This document shows, one piece after another, positions 28,166 to 38,234 of a stretch of DNA of 64,000 nt (its first letter is position 1; every line of letters starts with the position of its first letter). Made by a program: the position numbers and the translations under genes. The notes under the pieces were generated by a model, which ran no database searches, was not told the origin of the DNA, and was given only the letters and a program-made list of their open reading frames with translations. Source of the stretch: Neorhizobium sp. GTDB lineage: Bacteria > Pseudomonadota > Alphaproteobacteria > Rhizobiales > Rhizobiaceae. Location of the stretch: positions 341,025 to 405,024 of the forward strand of contig JAPWKC010000002.1 in NCBI GenBank assembly GCA_028283725.1, written 5' to 3'.

Positions 28166-29422
28166 TCAGGCCTTCAGCATGGCGAAGATAGCGCCGACCG
28201 AATTATAGGCCATGTACCAGGTCAGAATGCAGGTCAGCACGCCGAGGATCAGCAGCCAGCGCGGATAGTGGTAGCCGTGCATCAGATCGGAGCGCTTCCA
28301 GGCCGCGTACATGAAGATCGACAGGCCGATCGGCAGGACGAGACCGTTGAGGCCGCCGACGAAGACCAGCATGGCGGCCGGCGGTGTCGTGATCAGGATA
28401 TAGGCGATCAGCGAGATGGCGATGAAGCCGACGGTCGCGATATTGCGCTGGCGCTCGGTCATGTCCGGCTTGAAGGCCGTCAGGAACGAAACCGACGTGT
28501 AGGCCGCGCCGATGATGCTGGTCATGGCGGATGCCAGGAAGACTGCACCGAAGAGACGGAAACCGACATCGCCGGCAGCCGAATGGAAGGCCTGGCCGGC
28601 CGGGTTGGCAGCCTTGCCGGACAGGTCGATGACGACGCCGCTTGCGACCACGCCGAGGATGGCGAGGAACAGGACATAGCGCAGCACGCCGGTGATCGCG
28701 ATCCCGCTCAGCGCCGCACGGTTGACTGCCTGCAGGTTCTCGACGCCGACGGTGCCCTTGTCGAGCAGACGATGGGCGCCGGCATAGGTGATGTAGCCGC
28801 CGACGGTGCCGCCGACAATCGTGGTGATCGTGGCAAAATCGATGCTGCTCGGGAAGAAGGTCTGGTGGAAGGCTTCGGCAACCGGCGGGCCGGACGCGAA
28901 GGTTGCATAGAGGATCAGCGCGGCCTTGATGAAGGCCGCGACGAAGACGACGCGGTCCATGGCCACACCGGCCCGGCGCGACAGGAAGATGCCGATCGCA
29001 GCAATTGCGCCGATCGCGCCGCCGATCTTCGGATCGAGATCGATCATGGCGTTGAAGCCGAGACCGGCGCCGCCGATATTGCCGACGTTGAAGAACAGGC
29101 CGCCGATGATGACGATGATGGCAAGCAGGAAGCCGGCGCCGGGAATGGCGGCGTTGGCAATTGCCGGTGCGCGCATCTTGGTAACCGCAACCATGCGCCA
29201 GATATTGGCCTGCACGACGAAATCGACGATGACCGAGATCAGGATGGCAAAGGCGAAGGCAGCGCCGAGCTTGACGGTGAACGTGGCGGTCTGGGTGATG
29301 AAGCCGGGCCCGACGGCCGACATGGACATGAGGAACATGGCGGAAAGCAAGGCATAGCGCTGGCTCTTGCCGCTCTTGTCAGCCGGCTGCGAGGCGCTTG
29401 GTGCAAGCTCGTTCTGCTGCAT
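28166..29422 (-). CDS. NRAMP-like (YcsG) transporter
   Basis: SAVGPGFITQT, FNVGNIGG, GGTVGGYITYAGAHRL, SIIGAAYTS. Confidence 0.9.
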   Translation of the reverse strand: MQQNELAPSASQPADKSGKSQRYALLSAMFLMSMSAVGPGFITQTATFTVKLGAAFAFAILISVIVDFVVQANIWRMVAVTKMRAPAIANAAIPGAGFLLAIIVIIGGLFFNVGNIGGAGLGFNAMIDLDPKIGGAIGAIAAIGIFLSRRAGVAMDRVVFVAAFIKAALILYATFASGPPVAEAFHQTFFPSSIDFATITTIVGGTVGGYITYAGAHRLLDKGTVGVENLQAVNRAALSGIAITGVLRYVLFLAILGVVASGVVIDLSGKAANPAGQAFHSAAGDVGFRLFGAVFLASAMTSIIGAAYTSVSFLTAFKPDMTERQRNIATVGFIAISLIAYILITTPPAAMLVFVGGLNGLVLPIGLSIFMYAAWKRSDLMHGYHYPRWLLILGVLTCILTWYMAYNSVGAIFAMLKA

Positions 29423-29498
29423 GGCGTTTCTCCGTTATTTGCTATCCGCCCCTCGCGGATGCTTGCCGGATCTTGTCTTGTTCCGTGAGATTGTCAAT

Positions 29499-29511
29499 AT
29501 TGTTGAACAAT
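29499..29511. promoter_or_regulatory. Candidate GntR/FadR operator
   Basis: Palindrome ATTGTT-G-AACAAT in the AT-rich divergent intergenic region, with further ATTGTT half-sites at 29533-29546. Confidence 0.6.
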
Positions 29512-29671
29512 TATGTTAGATCGTTCCATCATATTGTTCAATTGTTAGCCTTTGTGGCGAAGCTTTCACCACGATTTCGCGTGATTTGCTCACCAGCTAT
29601 GCTAAGAGCAGCGCCACCGTCGATACGAAACCACTGAAATGCGGCGGTATGCCTTGAGGGGATCTGGGGTC

Positions 29672-30328
29672 ATGACGGAAAATTTGGATGGCCTGCCTCT
29701 CTCGGACCGGCTGGCGCGGGAAATCCGCAGCCTGTTGATATCGGGAGAGCTGACCCCCGGCCAGCGTCTGTCGGAGGCAGCCTTCAGCGATCGCTTCGAC
29801 GTATCGCGCAATTCCCTGCGTGAAGCTTTTCGTCTCCTGACCAAGGATGGCCTTCTGAGGCACGAGGCCAATCGCGGTGTCTTCGTTGCCGTGCCGAACA
29901 TGGCGACGATCATCGATATCTACAGGGTGCGGCGGATGGTGGAATGCGGTGCGTTGCGCCAGTCCTGGCCGCGGCATTCGGCGGTCGCCGCAATGCGCGA
30001 GGCGGTCGAGGCCGCCAAGATCAGGCGCGATGCTCTCGACTGGGTGGGCGTCGGCAGCGCCAACATGCTCTTCCACAAGGCAGTCATCGACATTGCCGAT
30101 AGCACGCGGCTCAGCGATTTCTATGAGCGGATCGCAGCCGAATTGCGCCTCGGCTTCGGCTTGCTTGCCAATCCCGAGCAGTTGCACGCGCCCTTCGTCG
30201 AGCTCAACGACAATATCGTCAGACTCGTCGAGGAGGGCAGGGCGGATGATGCTGCCCGCGAGATGGAGATCTATCTCAACCTTTCCGAGCGTACCGTCCT
30301 GAAATCCCTGGAACGTCACGGCGAATAA
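29672..30328 (+). CDS. GntR (FadR/FCD) transcriptional regulator of the pxp operon
   Basis: LTPGQRLSE...VSRNSLREAF..L..DGLL wHTH; FCD FH motif; alternative start at 29639. Confidence 0.9.
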   Translation: MTENLDGLPLSDRLAREIRSLLISGELTPGQRLSEAAFSDRFDVSRNSLREAFRLLTKDGLLRHEANRGVFVAVPNMATIIDIYRVRRMVECGALRQSWPRHSAVAAMREAVEAAKIRRDALDWVGVGSANMLFHKAVIDIADSTRLSDFYERIAAELRLGFGLLANPEQLHAPFVELNDNIVRLVEEGRADDAAREMEIYLNLSERTVLKSLERHGE

Positions 30329-30391
30329 GAGCGCCATCGCTCGGCCGCAAACCGTCCGCCGGGCATACCGGCGAACGGGCTGTTGGAACGA

Positions 30392-31702
30392 TCAGGCCGA
30401 GATGAGCGCCGGCCGCTCGATGCCGAGATGATCGCGCAGCGTCTGCCCGGTATAGTCGGTGCGGAACAGGCCACGCTCCTGAAGGATCGGCACGACGAGC
30501 TTCGTGAAGTCTTCGAGACCTTCCGGAAAGAAGGGCGGCATGACGTTGAAACCGTCGGCGGCGTAGCCCTCGAACCATTGCTGCATCCGGTCGGCGATCT
30601 CCACCGGCGTGCCGAGCACGATATGATGGCCGCGACCGGCAGCCACGCGCAGCGCCAGCTGGCGGATCGTCAGATTTTCGCGGCGGGCAAGCGCGGTCAG
30701 GAGTTCGGCGCGGCTGCGCAACTGATCGGAGATCGGCAGGTCGGGCAGCGGGCCGTCAAGATCGTAATCGGCAAGGCTGTGGCCGATACGCTCTTCGAGC
30801 AGCGGCATGGCGCTCTTGATATCGGTCCACTGGTCGAGTTCGGCAAGCTTGTCGGCGGCCTCTTTCGCGGTGCGTCCGATCACCGGCAGGAAGCCCGGCA
30901 TCACTGCAACCTCATCGGCCCGGCGACCGAAGCCGACGACGCGCTCCTTCAGGCTCTTGTAGAAGGCCTGGGCCTCGGCCACGCTCTGCTGCGCGGTGAA
31001 CACGACATCGGCCGTGCGCGCGGCCAGATCCTGCCCCGGTCCCGAAGAGCCGGCCTGGATGAGGATGGGGTGGCCCTGCGGCGAGCGCGGAATGTTGAGC
31101 GGGCCCTTGACGGAGAAATACTTGCCGGCGTGGTCGAGGATGTGGACCTTCGCCGGATCGGCATAGACGCCGCTTTCCTTATTCTTGACGAAGGCGTCGT
31201 CATCCCAGCTGTCCCAGAGGCCACGCACGACATCGACGAATTCTTCGGCGACGACATAGCGTTCGTCATGTCCCGGATGGGACTTGGAAAAATTGTTGGC
31301 GGTACGGGCATAGGACGTGGTGACGATGTTCCAGGCCGCGCGCCCGTGGCTCAGATGGTCGATCGAGGAAAAGGCGCGGGCGAGGTGATAGGGTTCGCTG
31401 TAAGTGGTGGATGCCGTGGCGGCGAGGCCGATCCTGCTTGTCACCATCGAAAGTGCGGCAAGCAGCGTCAGCGGTTCGAAACGGGCGATCGTCGAGGGAT
31501 GCGCATCGACGCCGCTGGTGAGGCCGTCCGCCAGGAACACCATGTCGAACTTCGCCTGTTCGGCGATCTTCGAGACGCGCATCAGAAGATCGAAATTCTC
31601 GCTGCCGGCCTCGGCATTCGGGTGGCGCCAGCCGGAGACGTGATGGCCGGCGCCTTGAAGGAAGAGGCCGAGATGGATTTGTCGTTTCGTGGTATCGGTC
31701 AT
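30392..31702 (-). CDS. LLM-class flavin-dependent monooxygenase (NtaA/SnaA/YxeK-like)
   Basis: GHHVSGWRHP, AKFDMVFLAD, DHLSHGRAAWNIVT, QAGSS, ILQERGLFR. Confidence 0.92.
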   Translation of the reverse strand: MTDTTKRQIHLGLFLQGAGHHVSGWRHPNAEAGSENFDLLMRVSKIAEQAKFDMVFLADGLTSGVDAHPSTIARFEPLTLLAALSMVTSRIGLAATASTTYSEPYHLARAFSSIDHLSHGRAAWNIVTTSYARTANNFSKSHPGHDERYVVAEEFVDVVRGLWDSWDDDAFVKNKESGVYADPAKVHILDHAGKYFSVKGPLNIPRSPQGHPILIQAGSSGPGQDLAARTADVVFTAQQSVAEAQAFYKSLKERVVGFGRRADEVAVMPGFLPVIGRTAKEAADKLAELDQWTDIKSAMPLLEERIGHSLADYDLDGPLPDLPISDQLRSRAELLTALARRENLTIRQLALRVAAGRGHHIVLGTPVEIADRMQQWFEGYAADGFNVMPPFFPEGLEDFTKLVVPILQERGLFRTDYTGQTLRDHLGIERPALISA

Positions 31703-31736
31703 GGCAATGTCTTTCGTCAGATGAGTATCGAGGCCG

Positions 31737-33089
31737 TCATGCCTGCAGAAAATCCTGGCCGAGAAGCGCGATCAGCCGGCCGAGATCGGCCTCGCTTTGC
31801 ATGCGGCGCACCAGTGCGGGAATGTCTGCAAAGGCTGCGCTGTCGTCGGTTGCGTTGAAGAACTTTTCGGTCGGATCGGTAACGCCCGGCAGGCCGTCGA
31901 ATCGGCGCGTGATGGTGGTCCCGTCCTTGCGCGCGACGTCGAGGATGACGAAGCGCGTCTTCGGGTCGCTCGACATGCGCGGCGCCGTTTCGTCGTGCCG
32001 GCGACCGGCGCGTTCGGCAAGCGCCATCAGCCGCGGCTCGACGGGTCGCTCGTCGAAATGGTCGAGCCGGAGCGCGCCGTCGATCAATGCTGCGGCAAAG
32101 ATGTATTCCGGGCTGAAACGCGCCTCGATGCCGTTTGTCGGCACAGTGACGACCAACGCGGCATCGGCGCCCGGCGGGTAGGTGAAGGTGATGCTTTCGA
32201 TCGTGTCGGGCAAAAGCCCTTCCCGATGCAGGTCCTCGCCGAGCGAAGCGACCGCATGGGCGGCCGTGCAGCAGGGATAGGCCTTCAGCGTCAGGCCGGG
32301 CGAGACGATCTGCCAGGGCTCGCCCCAGTGATCGACGGCGGCGGACGGATTGCCCGCGCCGAAGGCGTAGGCAGAATGAAACCCGACCGTATTGTCGAGA
32401 AAATCGGGTGCGCCGCCAAAGCCTGCCGCCGCCAGCCGTGCGGCGAGAAGGCCGGATCGCGCCGCCATGCCGGCATGATAGGGCTTGGCATCATAGCCGA
32501 ACTGCAGCCGGAGGCCGGATGCTTGCGTGGCCGCAAGCCCGAGGGCGACTGCTGTCTCTTCGATGGAAGCGCCGGTCAGATGGGCTATCGCGGCAGCGGC
32601 CCCGATGGGGCCGAGCGTTGCTGTGGCGTGGAAACCGTTTTCGTAGTGCTTGGAGCCGAGCGAAAGGCCGAGCCGGGCCATGGCTTCAAGGCCAACGATA
32701 TAGGCTGCGACGAACGCCTCGGCGGTGAACGATCTCTCGGCGGCCAAAGCCAGAAGCGCAGGCACGATGACGGTGGTCGGATGACCGCGAACGCTGGCAT
32801 GCACATCGTCGTAATCCAGCACATGGCCGGCATAACCGTTCACCGCTGCGGCCACGAGAGGATCGGTGCGACGGCCGGTGCCGACGATAATGGCGTCTCC
32901 GGGCAGGTCGGCACCGAGGCTCTTTGCCACAACAGCCGTCGTCCTGTCTTTCGAACCGGCAATCGTGCAGGCGAGAAAGTCGATAATGGCGGTGCGGGCA
33001 GCAGCCATTGCGTCGCTATCGCGAGACGGGTCGGCTTTGACGATCGCGGCTGCGAATGCAGTGGTCAGCGGAGCGGACGAGCTTGTCAT
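31737..33089 (-). CDS. MmgE/PrpD family protein (YxeQ-like)
   Basis: GHVLDYDD..RGHP, GFHAT, KPYHAG, LKAYPCC. Confidence 0.9.
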   Translation of the reverse strand: MTSSSAPLTTAFAAAIVKADPSRDSDAMAAARTAIIDFLACTIAGSKDRTTAVVAKSLGADLPGDAIIVGTGRRTDPLVAAAVNGYAGHVLDYDDVHASVRGHPTTVIVPALLALAAERSFTAEAFVAAYIVGLEAMARLGLSLGSKHYENGFHATATLGPIGAAAAIAHLTGASIEETAVALGLAATQASGLRLQFGYDAKPYHAGMAARSGLLAARLAAAGFGGAPDFLDNTVGFHSAYAFGAGNPSAAVDHWGEPWQIVSPGLTLKAYPCCTAAHAVASLGEDLHREGLLPDTIESITFTYPPGADAALVVTVPTNGIEARFSPEYIFAAALIDGALRLDHFDERPVEPRLMALAERAGRRHDETAPRMSSDPKTRFVILDVARKDGTTITRRFDGLPGVTDPTEKFFNATDDSAAFADIPALVRRMQSEADLGRLIALLGQDFLQA

Positions 33090-33110
33090 GATATGCCCCT
33101 TGTTCCTTGT

Positions 33111-33929
33111 TCAGATGCCTTCGCCGTCACGCACGGTGCCGCGCGCGCCGAGCCCGCCGACGAATTGGCGGATACGCGGATTGGTGGAGGTGTGGAAAAT
33201 CTGTTCCGGCGAGCCGTGATCGACGATCAGACCGTTTTCGGTGAAGACGACAGTGTCGCTGATTTCCTCGGCAAAGCGCATTTCATGGGTGACGAGAATG
33301 CTCGTCATACCGTCGCGCACGAGGTCGCGGATCACCTGCAGAACTTCGCCGACGGTCTCCGGATCGAGCGCCGACGTCACTTCGTCGAAGAGCACCAGTT
33401 CCGGCTTCATGGCAAGCGCACGCGCAATCGCAACGCGCTGCTGCTGGCCGCCGGACAATTGGCCGGGATAGGAATTGGCCTTGTCGGAGAGGCGTACCTT
33501 GTCGAGAAGTTCGCGCGCCAATTTCTCTGCCGCGGCACGATTGACGCCGAGGATTTTCGTCGGCGGCAACACGATATTGTCGAGCACCGTCAGATGCGGG
33601 AAGAGATTATACTGCTGGAAGACGATGCCGACCCGCTTGCGCAGTTCGATCCGCTCGCTTTCCTTCGTCAACTGGTCCACACGCGTTCCATTGACGGTGA
33701 TGCGGCCGCGCTGCGGCATGGCGAGCGCGTTGATGCAGCGAAGAAGCGTCGATTTGCCCGAGCCGGACGGCCCAATGATGGAGACGGCATCACCCTTGTT
33801 GACGGTGAGGTTCACGCCTTTCAGCACCTGCGTCTGGCCGAAGGACAGATGGATGTCCTCCAGCTTGACGATGTGATCCTGGGCCTTGCCGTCAGTCGTG
33901 GTCATTGCGTTATCCGGAGATACGGTCAT
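33111..33929 (-). CDS. Polar amino acid ABC transporter ATP-binding protein
   Basis: GPSGSGKS, LSGGQQQR, FDEVTSALDPE. Confidence 0.95.
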   Translation of the reverse strand: MTVSPDNAMTTTDGKAQDHIVKLEDIHLSFGQTQVLKGVNLTVNKGDAVSIIGPSGSGKSTLLRCINALAMPQRGRITVNGTRVDQLTKESERIELRKRVGIVFQQYNLFPHLTVLDNIVLPPTKILGVNRAAAEKLARELLDKVRLSDKANSYPGQLSGGQQQRVAIARALAMKPELVLFDEVTSALDPETVGEVLQVIRDLVRDGMTSILVTHEMRFAEEISDTVVFTENGLIVDHGSPEQIFHTSTNPRIRQFVGGLGARGTVRDGEGI

Positions 33930-33940
33930 CGGTCATGTCC

Positions 33941-34723
33941 TCAGGCCGCGTTGAAGCGCCGTTCCAGGCGGCGGGTCAGGCGGGAGATAGGGTAGCAAAG
34001 CGCAAAGAAGGCAGCCATCACCACGATATAGGCGATAATGGTGAAATCGATCCGGCGCACGGCCGTGCTGGCGTCGGTTGCCGCATGCAGGAGTTCGTGC
34101 ACACCGACGAGCGAGGCAAGCGCCGTCGCCATGGTGATCGAGGAAAACAGGTTCATCCATGGCGGCAGCGAGCGGCGCACGCATTGCGGCAGAATGATGT
34201 AGCGAAGCGCCTGCCACCGTGAGAACCCGAGGCCTTGCGCTGCCTCCCACTGGGTGGTCGGGATCGACTGGATGGCGCCGCGGGTGATTTCGGCCACATA
34301 GGCGCTGGCGGGAATGGCAAGGCCGATCACGGCTTTCACCCAGTCCGGAAACGGCAAGTAATTGCCGGCGATCACGATCTCGAACGGGAAGATGTAGGTC
34401 GTTGCGAAGATCAACACGAGATGCGGCGCATTGCGGAAGATCTGCACATAGGCGACCACCGGGTAGCGCACCAGTCGATAGGGCGCGAGTTCGAGAATGC
34501 CGAAGATTGCGCCGATCACCGTGCCGAACGTCATCGCCAACAAGCTGATGAGGATGTTCATCATGAAGCCGGAGGCGAGATACGGGATCCATTCGACAAG
34601 CGTGCGGCCAAGCGAAAGATCGGTCAGTGCCCAGATGAGGATGACGAGCGGCAGCGCGACGAAGGCAAGACTGCGCGTCAGATGCTGCTTCTTCGGTCCT
34701 GAGGTCATGGTGGTTGCCGTCAT
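33941..34723 (-). CDS. Amino acid ABC transporter permease
   Basis: FRNAP, AEITRGAIQSI..QWEAA..LG EAA loop; start overlaps the upstream stop (ATGA). Confidence 0.9.
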   Translation of the reverse strand: MTATTMTSGPKKQHLTRSLAFVALPLVILIWALTDLSLGRTLVEWIPYLASGFMMNILISLLAMTFGTVIGAIFGILELAPYRLVRYPVVAYVQIFRNAPHLVLIFATTYIFPFEIVIAGNYLPFPDWVKAVIGLAIPASAYVAEITRGAIQSIPTTQWEAAQGLGFSRWQALRYIILPQCVRRSLPPWMNLFSSITMATALASLVGVHELLHAATDASTAVRRIDFTIIAYIVVMAAFFALCYPISRLTRRLERRFNAA

Positions 34724-35466
34724 AGTCCATACCCCGGCACGGCCAACTTGCGCTCGACCCATATTCCAAGCCGCGCGACGACGATGTTGATCGCGCTGAA
34801 GAAGACGAGGATGACGATCATCAGCGAAACCACATTGTCGCGCTGGGTCCAGACCATGATCGAGGCATAGGTGATCTCGCTGACCGCGATCGCATTGCCG
34901 ACGGTCGTCAGTTTCACGAGATTGATCAGATTGTTGACGATGGCTGGTAGCGACGCCCGAAAGGCCAGCGGCAGTTCCACATGGCGGAGAATCTGCCACT
35001 GGCTGAAGCCCATGCCGCGCGCCGCTTCCACCATCGACGACGGTACGGCCTCGATGCCGGCGCGCATGGCTTCTGCATGAAGCGCTGCGATATGCAGACC
35101 GACGACCGCGACAACCCAGAAGAACGGCGTCAGCGGATTGTTCTGTGCGCCGCCGACGAGATTGGAAACGAACGTATTCAGCACCAGAAAGCTGAACATC
35201 AGCTGTACGAGCGTCGGGGTGTTGCGGGTGATTTCCACGAAACCCCTGACCGGCGCAGACAGGAAAGGCCTGCCCGAGGTCAGGCAGGCGGCAAAGACCA
35301 GCCCTGCCACGAGACTGACGGGGATCAGAAGCGCAATCAGATAGAGCGTGGTGATGAAGCCATCACGCCAGATCGTCGCTTCGTAACCCGTTGCCAGAAA
35401 CTCGTAGTTCAGGCCGATCCTGTCCATCATGGCGATGAACGTATTGAGTATGCTGCTGTCCTGCAT
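34720..35466 (-). CDS. Amino acid ABC transporter permease
   Basis: TRNTPTLVQL, AEAMRAGIEAV...EAARGMG. Confidence 0.92.
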   Translation of the reverse strand: MQDSSILNTFIAMMDRIGLNYEFLATGYEATIWRDGFITTLYLIALLIPVSLVAGLVFAACLTSGRPFLSAPVRGFVEITRNTPTLVQLMFSFLVLNTFVSNLVGGAQNNPLTPFFWVVAVVGLHIAALHAEAMRAGIEAVPSSMVEAARGMGFSQWQILRHVELPLAFRASLPAIVNNLINLVKLTTVGNAIAVSEITYASIMVWTQRDNVVSLMIVILVFFSAINIVVARLGIWVERKLAVPGYGL

Positions 35467-35490
35467 GTCGGTGAGCGATAGGCCCCTGCC

Positions 35491-36330
35491 TTATTTGCTG
35501 GCAGAAAGGGCCTTGTGCTCCTCCTCCAGATAGGTGGTGTTCAAAAGCCGGTTTGCCTTGGCAAATTCCAGAAGCTTGCCGTCAGCGTGAAGTGTCTTCA
35601 CGGCGTTGTCGAGTGCCGTTTGCGTGTCCTTCTCGCCCTTGCGCAGCCAGATGACGCTGTCGGACGGAACGAGTTCGGTCGGGAACGGAATGGCGTAGTC
35701 CTTCCACTCGTCGGCACGATCCTGCATCAGCAGGCCGACGGTCGCACCGACATGCACGGCCGCGACACAGTTGCCGCCCTGGAGCGCGAGCAGCGATTCC
35801 GGCTGGCTCGGCAGCGCCTTGACGACGGCGCCATACTGTTCGATCAGCGGCTGGGTGAAGTTCGAGCCCTGCGATACGCAGACGGGCTTGCCCTTCAGAT
35901 CCGACCAGTCCTTCAGGCCGCTGTCCTTGCGAACGACGGCGGCACCACCGCTGCGGTCGTAAGGGGTCGGCACGTAATCGAGGATCTTGGCGCGCTCATC
36001 GGTATACTGCATGTTGGCGATCAGGATATCGACCTTGCCCTGCTGCAAAAACTGGACGCGGTTCGGCGGGGTGACGGTAACGGTCTCCAGCTTGACGCCG
36101 AGATTGTCGGCCAGAGCCTTGGCAATGTCGAGATTGTAGCCCTTCTCGGACTGGCTCTTCGGATCGATATAGCCGAAGGGAGCACCGGACAGGATCACGC
36201 CGACGGTCAGCGCGCCGCGGCCCTTGATGCGATCGAGCGTGGCGTCCGCGAACGCACTGGTGGCGGTCATGCCCGAAATCGAGATGGCGAGGCCGAGGAC
36301 GGAAAGGGCAAGCTTTTTACGCAGCATCAT
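35491..36330 (-). CDS. Amino acid ABC transporter substrate-binding protein
   Basis: Signal peptide (AFA), LDRIKGRG.L.VG, NRVQFLQQGKVD, TDERAK. Confidence 0.92.
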   Translation of the reverse strand: MMLRKKLALSVLGLAISISGMTATSAFADATLDRIKGRGALTVGVILSGAPFGYIDPKSQSEKGYNLDIAKALADNLGVKLETVTVTPPNRVQFLQQGKVDILIANMQYTDERAKILDYVPTPYDRSGGAAVVRKDSGLKDWSDLKGKPVCVSQGSNFTQPLIEQYGAVVKALPSQPESLLALQGGNCVAAVHVGATVGLLMQDRADEWKDYAIPFPTELVPSDSVIWLRKGEKDTQTALDNAVKTLHADGKLLEFAKANRLLNTTYLEEEHKALSASK

Positions 36331-36510
36331 GGGGTTCCTTGTTTGAGTGGAACCTAGAGCAGTAGATGGATTGCCACGAGCAAACCTATCCTTTGTTTGG
36401 ATGCTGAAGAGAACGGCTATGTTGCGGCAGGCGGGTTTGACGCAAAATTTTGCGACAATGCAAGGATGAGCAAGGGTGTCGTCCCATCCTGCACCCCTGG
36501 GATGCAGACC

Positions 36511-37944
36511 TCAGGCGACCGCCGATTGCGGGGGAGTGTCCGGTCTGCCGCCGCGTCGGGGCGATGCTGCCTGAAGCGCGCTGGCGTAACGCTCAGCCTT
36601 CGCATCGTAAAGTGCGCCGTCGGCTGCGCCCAGCGCAGCATCGCAACTCGTGCGGCCATCGTCGACGAGCCGGATACCAAAGGACGCGCCGATCGTGACC
36701 GGTCCGCAGGCCAGTTCGACGGGTAGAGCAAGGGCAACGGAAAGACGCTGGCAGGCCGCTGCTGCTTCCGGTGCGCCGAGGCCTGGCATGAGAATGGCGA
36801 ATTCGTCGCCGCCAAGGCGGAAAAGCCTGTCGTCGCCGCGCGTGGATTGCTGCAGACGTTCGGCCACCACTTTCAGAAGTGCGTCCCCCATCGCATGTCC
36901 GTGTGTATCGTTGACGGCCTTGAAGCCATCGAGATCGAGGCAGACCACGGCAAGCGGCCCCTTGGCCGCCAGACCATCGTATTCCTCAAGCAACAGGGCG
37001 CGATTGGAAAGCCCGGTCAGGAAGTCATGGGTTGCGGCATGCCGCATCTGCCGTTCCTTGGCAACCAGAGCGCCGGCCGTCGTCTGCGACATCCTTAGAA
37101 GGAAGATGGCACCGGCCAGAAGAATGACGGCGACGGTGACGATCAGCGGCAGGGACCGATAGAGCGCATCGGTTGCGGGCTGCGGCGGACGCCAGGAGAG
37201 AACCTCGGTTTCTCCGGCAAGGCCGACGGCCACTTCCACGCGCGCCCGATCCGGGTCGACGGAAGTCTCGGTGCCGATACGGGCGTCATCCAGCATGAAG
37301 CGCGTCCCGAAGAAGCCGGGGAGGCTGCCGGCAATCGGCATGGCGGTGATCAGGATCGGAGACAGGTCGTGCTTCGGCTTGAATGTGGAAAAATCCGGCT
37401 GGAACAGCACTGCCGATAAAAGCACGGCATCCTGGCCGAGCACGTCGATGCGGCTTGTCGCGATCTGGTCGGGAATGCCGGGCTTCGGGTTCCTGCGCGC
37501 CTCTGCCTCGCGCGCCCGGACCTGGGCCACGAGCGATGCGGACTCCTGCACGATTGCATCTGTGCCACGTTTGAAGAATTCGCGGTCCTTCACCTCGTCT
37601 GCCGTGCGGGAATAGATCGTCTTGTCGGCGTGGTCGAGAACGGCGGTGAAGCGCGTGCGCGAGGTTCCGATCAAAGAGGCGCCGATATTGCGATCCGTCC
37701 ATTCGAAATCGAACGTATTGTCGATCTTGTCGATCGCCTCGTCCCAGATCGTCCAGGAGGTCAGCGAGAACTCGATATCGGAGATCCAGAGCGCCACGTT
37801 GTGGCTGACCATGGTCTCCTGCGACTGCCGGGCTTCGGTGTCGATCCGGCTAATGCCAAAAAACGCGAAGGTCGCCATGCCGGCAACCAGCAGCGTCAGG
37901 CCGGCGATGATGGGACCGACAAGTCGGAAATGAGCAAATCGCAT
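36511..37944 (-). CDS. Membrane diguanylate cyclase (CHASE4-like sensor + GGDEF)
   Basis: Two TM helices; DFLTGLSNR, DLDGFKAVNDTHGH; intact GGDEF with RxxD I-site (RGDD-RLFRL-GGDEF). Confidence 0.92.
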   Translation of the reverse strand: MRFAHFRLVGPIIAGLTLLVAGMATFAFFGISRIDTEARQSQETMVSHNVALWISDIEFSLTSWTIWDEAIDKIDNTFDFEWTDRNIGASLIGTSRTRFTAVLDHADKTIYSRTADEVKDREFFKRGTDAIVQESASLVAQVRAREAEARRNPKPGIPDQIATSRIDVLGQDAVLLSAVLFQPDFSTFKPKHDLSPILITAMPIAGSLPGFFGTRFMLDDARIGTETSVDPDRARVEVAVGLAGETEVLSWRPPQPATDALYRSLPLIVTVAVILLAGAIFLLRMSQTTAGALVAKERQMRHAATHDFLTGLSNRALLLEEYDGLAAKGPLAVVCLDLDGFKAVNDTHGHAMGDALLKVVAERLQQSTRGDDRLFRLGGDEFAILMPGLGAPEAAAACQRLSVALALPVELACGPVTIGASFGIRLVDDGRTSCDAALGAADGALYDAKAERYASALQAASPRRGGRPDTPPQSAVA

Positions 37945-38051
37945 GATCGGTCGAACGAAAGTTGAGGATGACGACAGTCGGCTGGCGGGCTTTGCGCCGG
38001 ATGATCGGCGACAGACGTTACATTCGGGTTATCAAATCCGAGGAATCATCG

Positions 38052-38219
38052 TCATAAACCAGCAGGAGAACCCCGGCCGGACAATGCGAAATAGCCATAG
38101 GCTGCCACGAAGGCGAGAACGATCACGCCGATGACGATCAGCTTCCGCAGCCATGGTGGAACCTGGCGGGGCGGCTTGGGCTTCTTCGGGCGCTGGAATT
38201 TGATGACATTGTCGGACAT
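38052..38219 (-). CDS. Small single-pass membrane protein (55 aa)
   Basis: Below the ORF-track cut-off. MSDNVIKFQRPKKPKPPRQVPPWLRKLIVIGVIVLAFVAAYGYFALSGRGSPAGL; coding-like codon use and a clear TM helix. Confidence 0.7.
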   Translation of the reverse strand: MSDNVIKFQRPKKPKPPRQVPPWLRKLIVIGVIVLAFVAAYGYFALSGRGSPAGL

Positions 38220-38234
38220 GGGGTCAGATTAGGA

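Noticed and set aside
27335-33995. Long + strand ORFs of 717, 491 and 732 aa
   Set aside because: Antisense to well-supported genes; typical high-GC shadow ORFs with no motifs. The same applies to 39478-41322 and 50712-52382.
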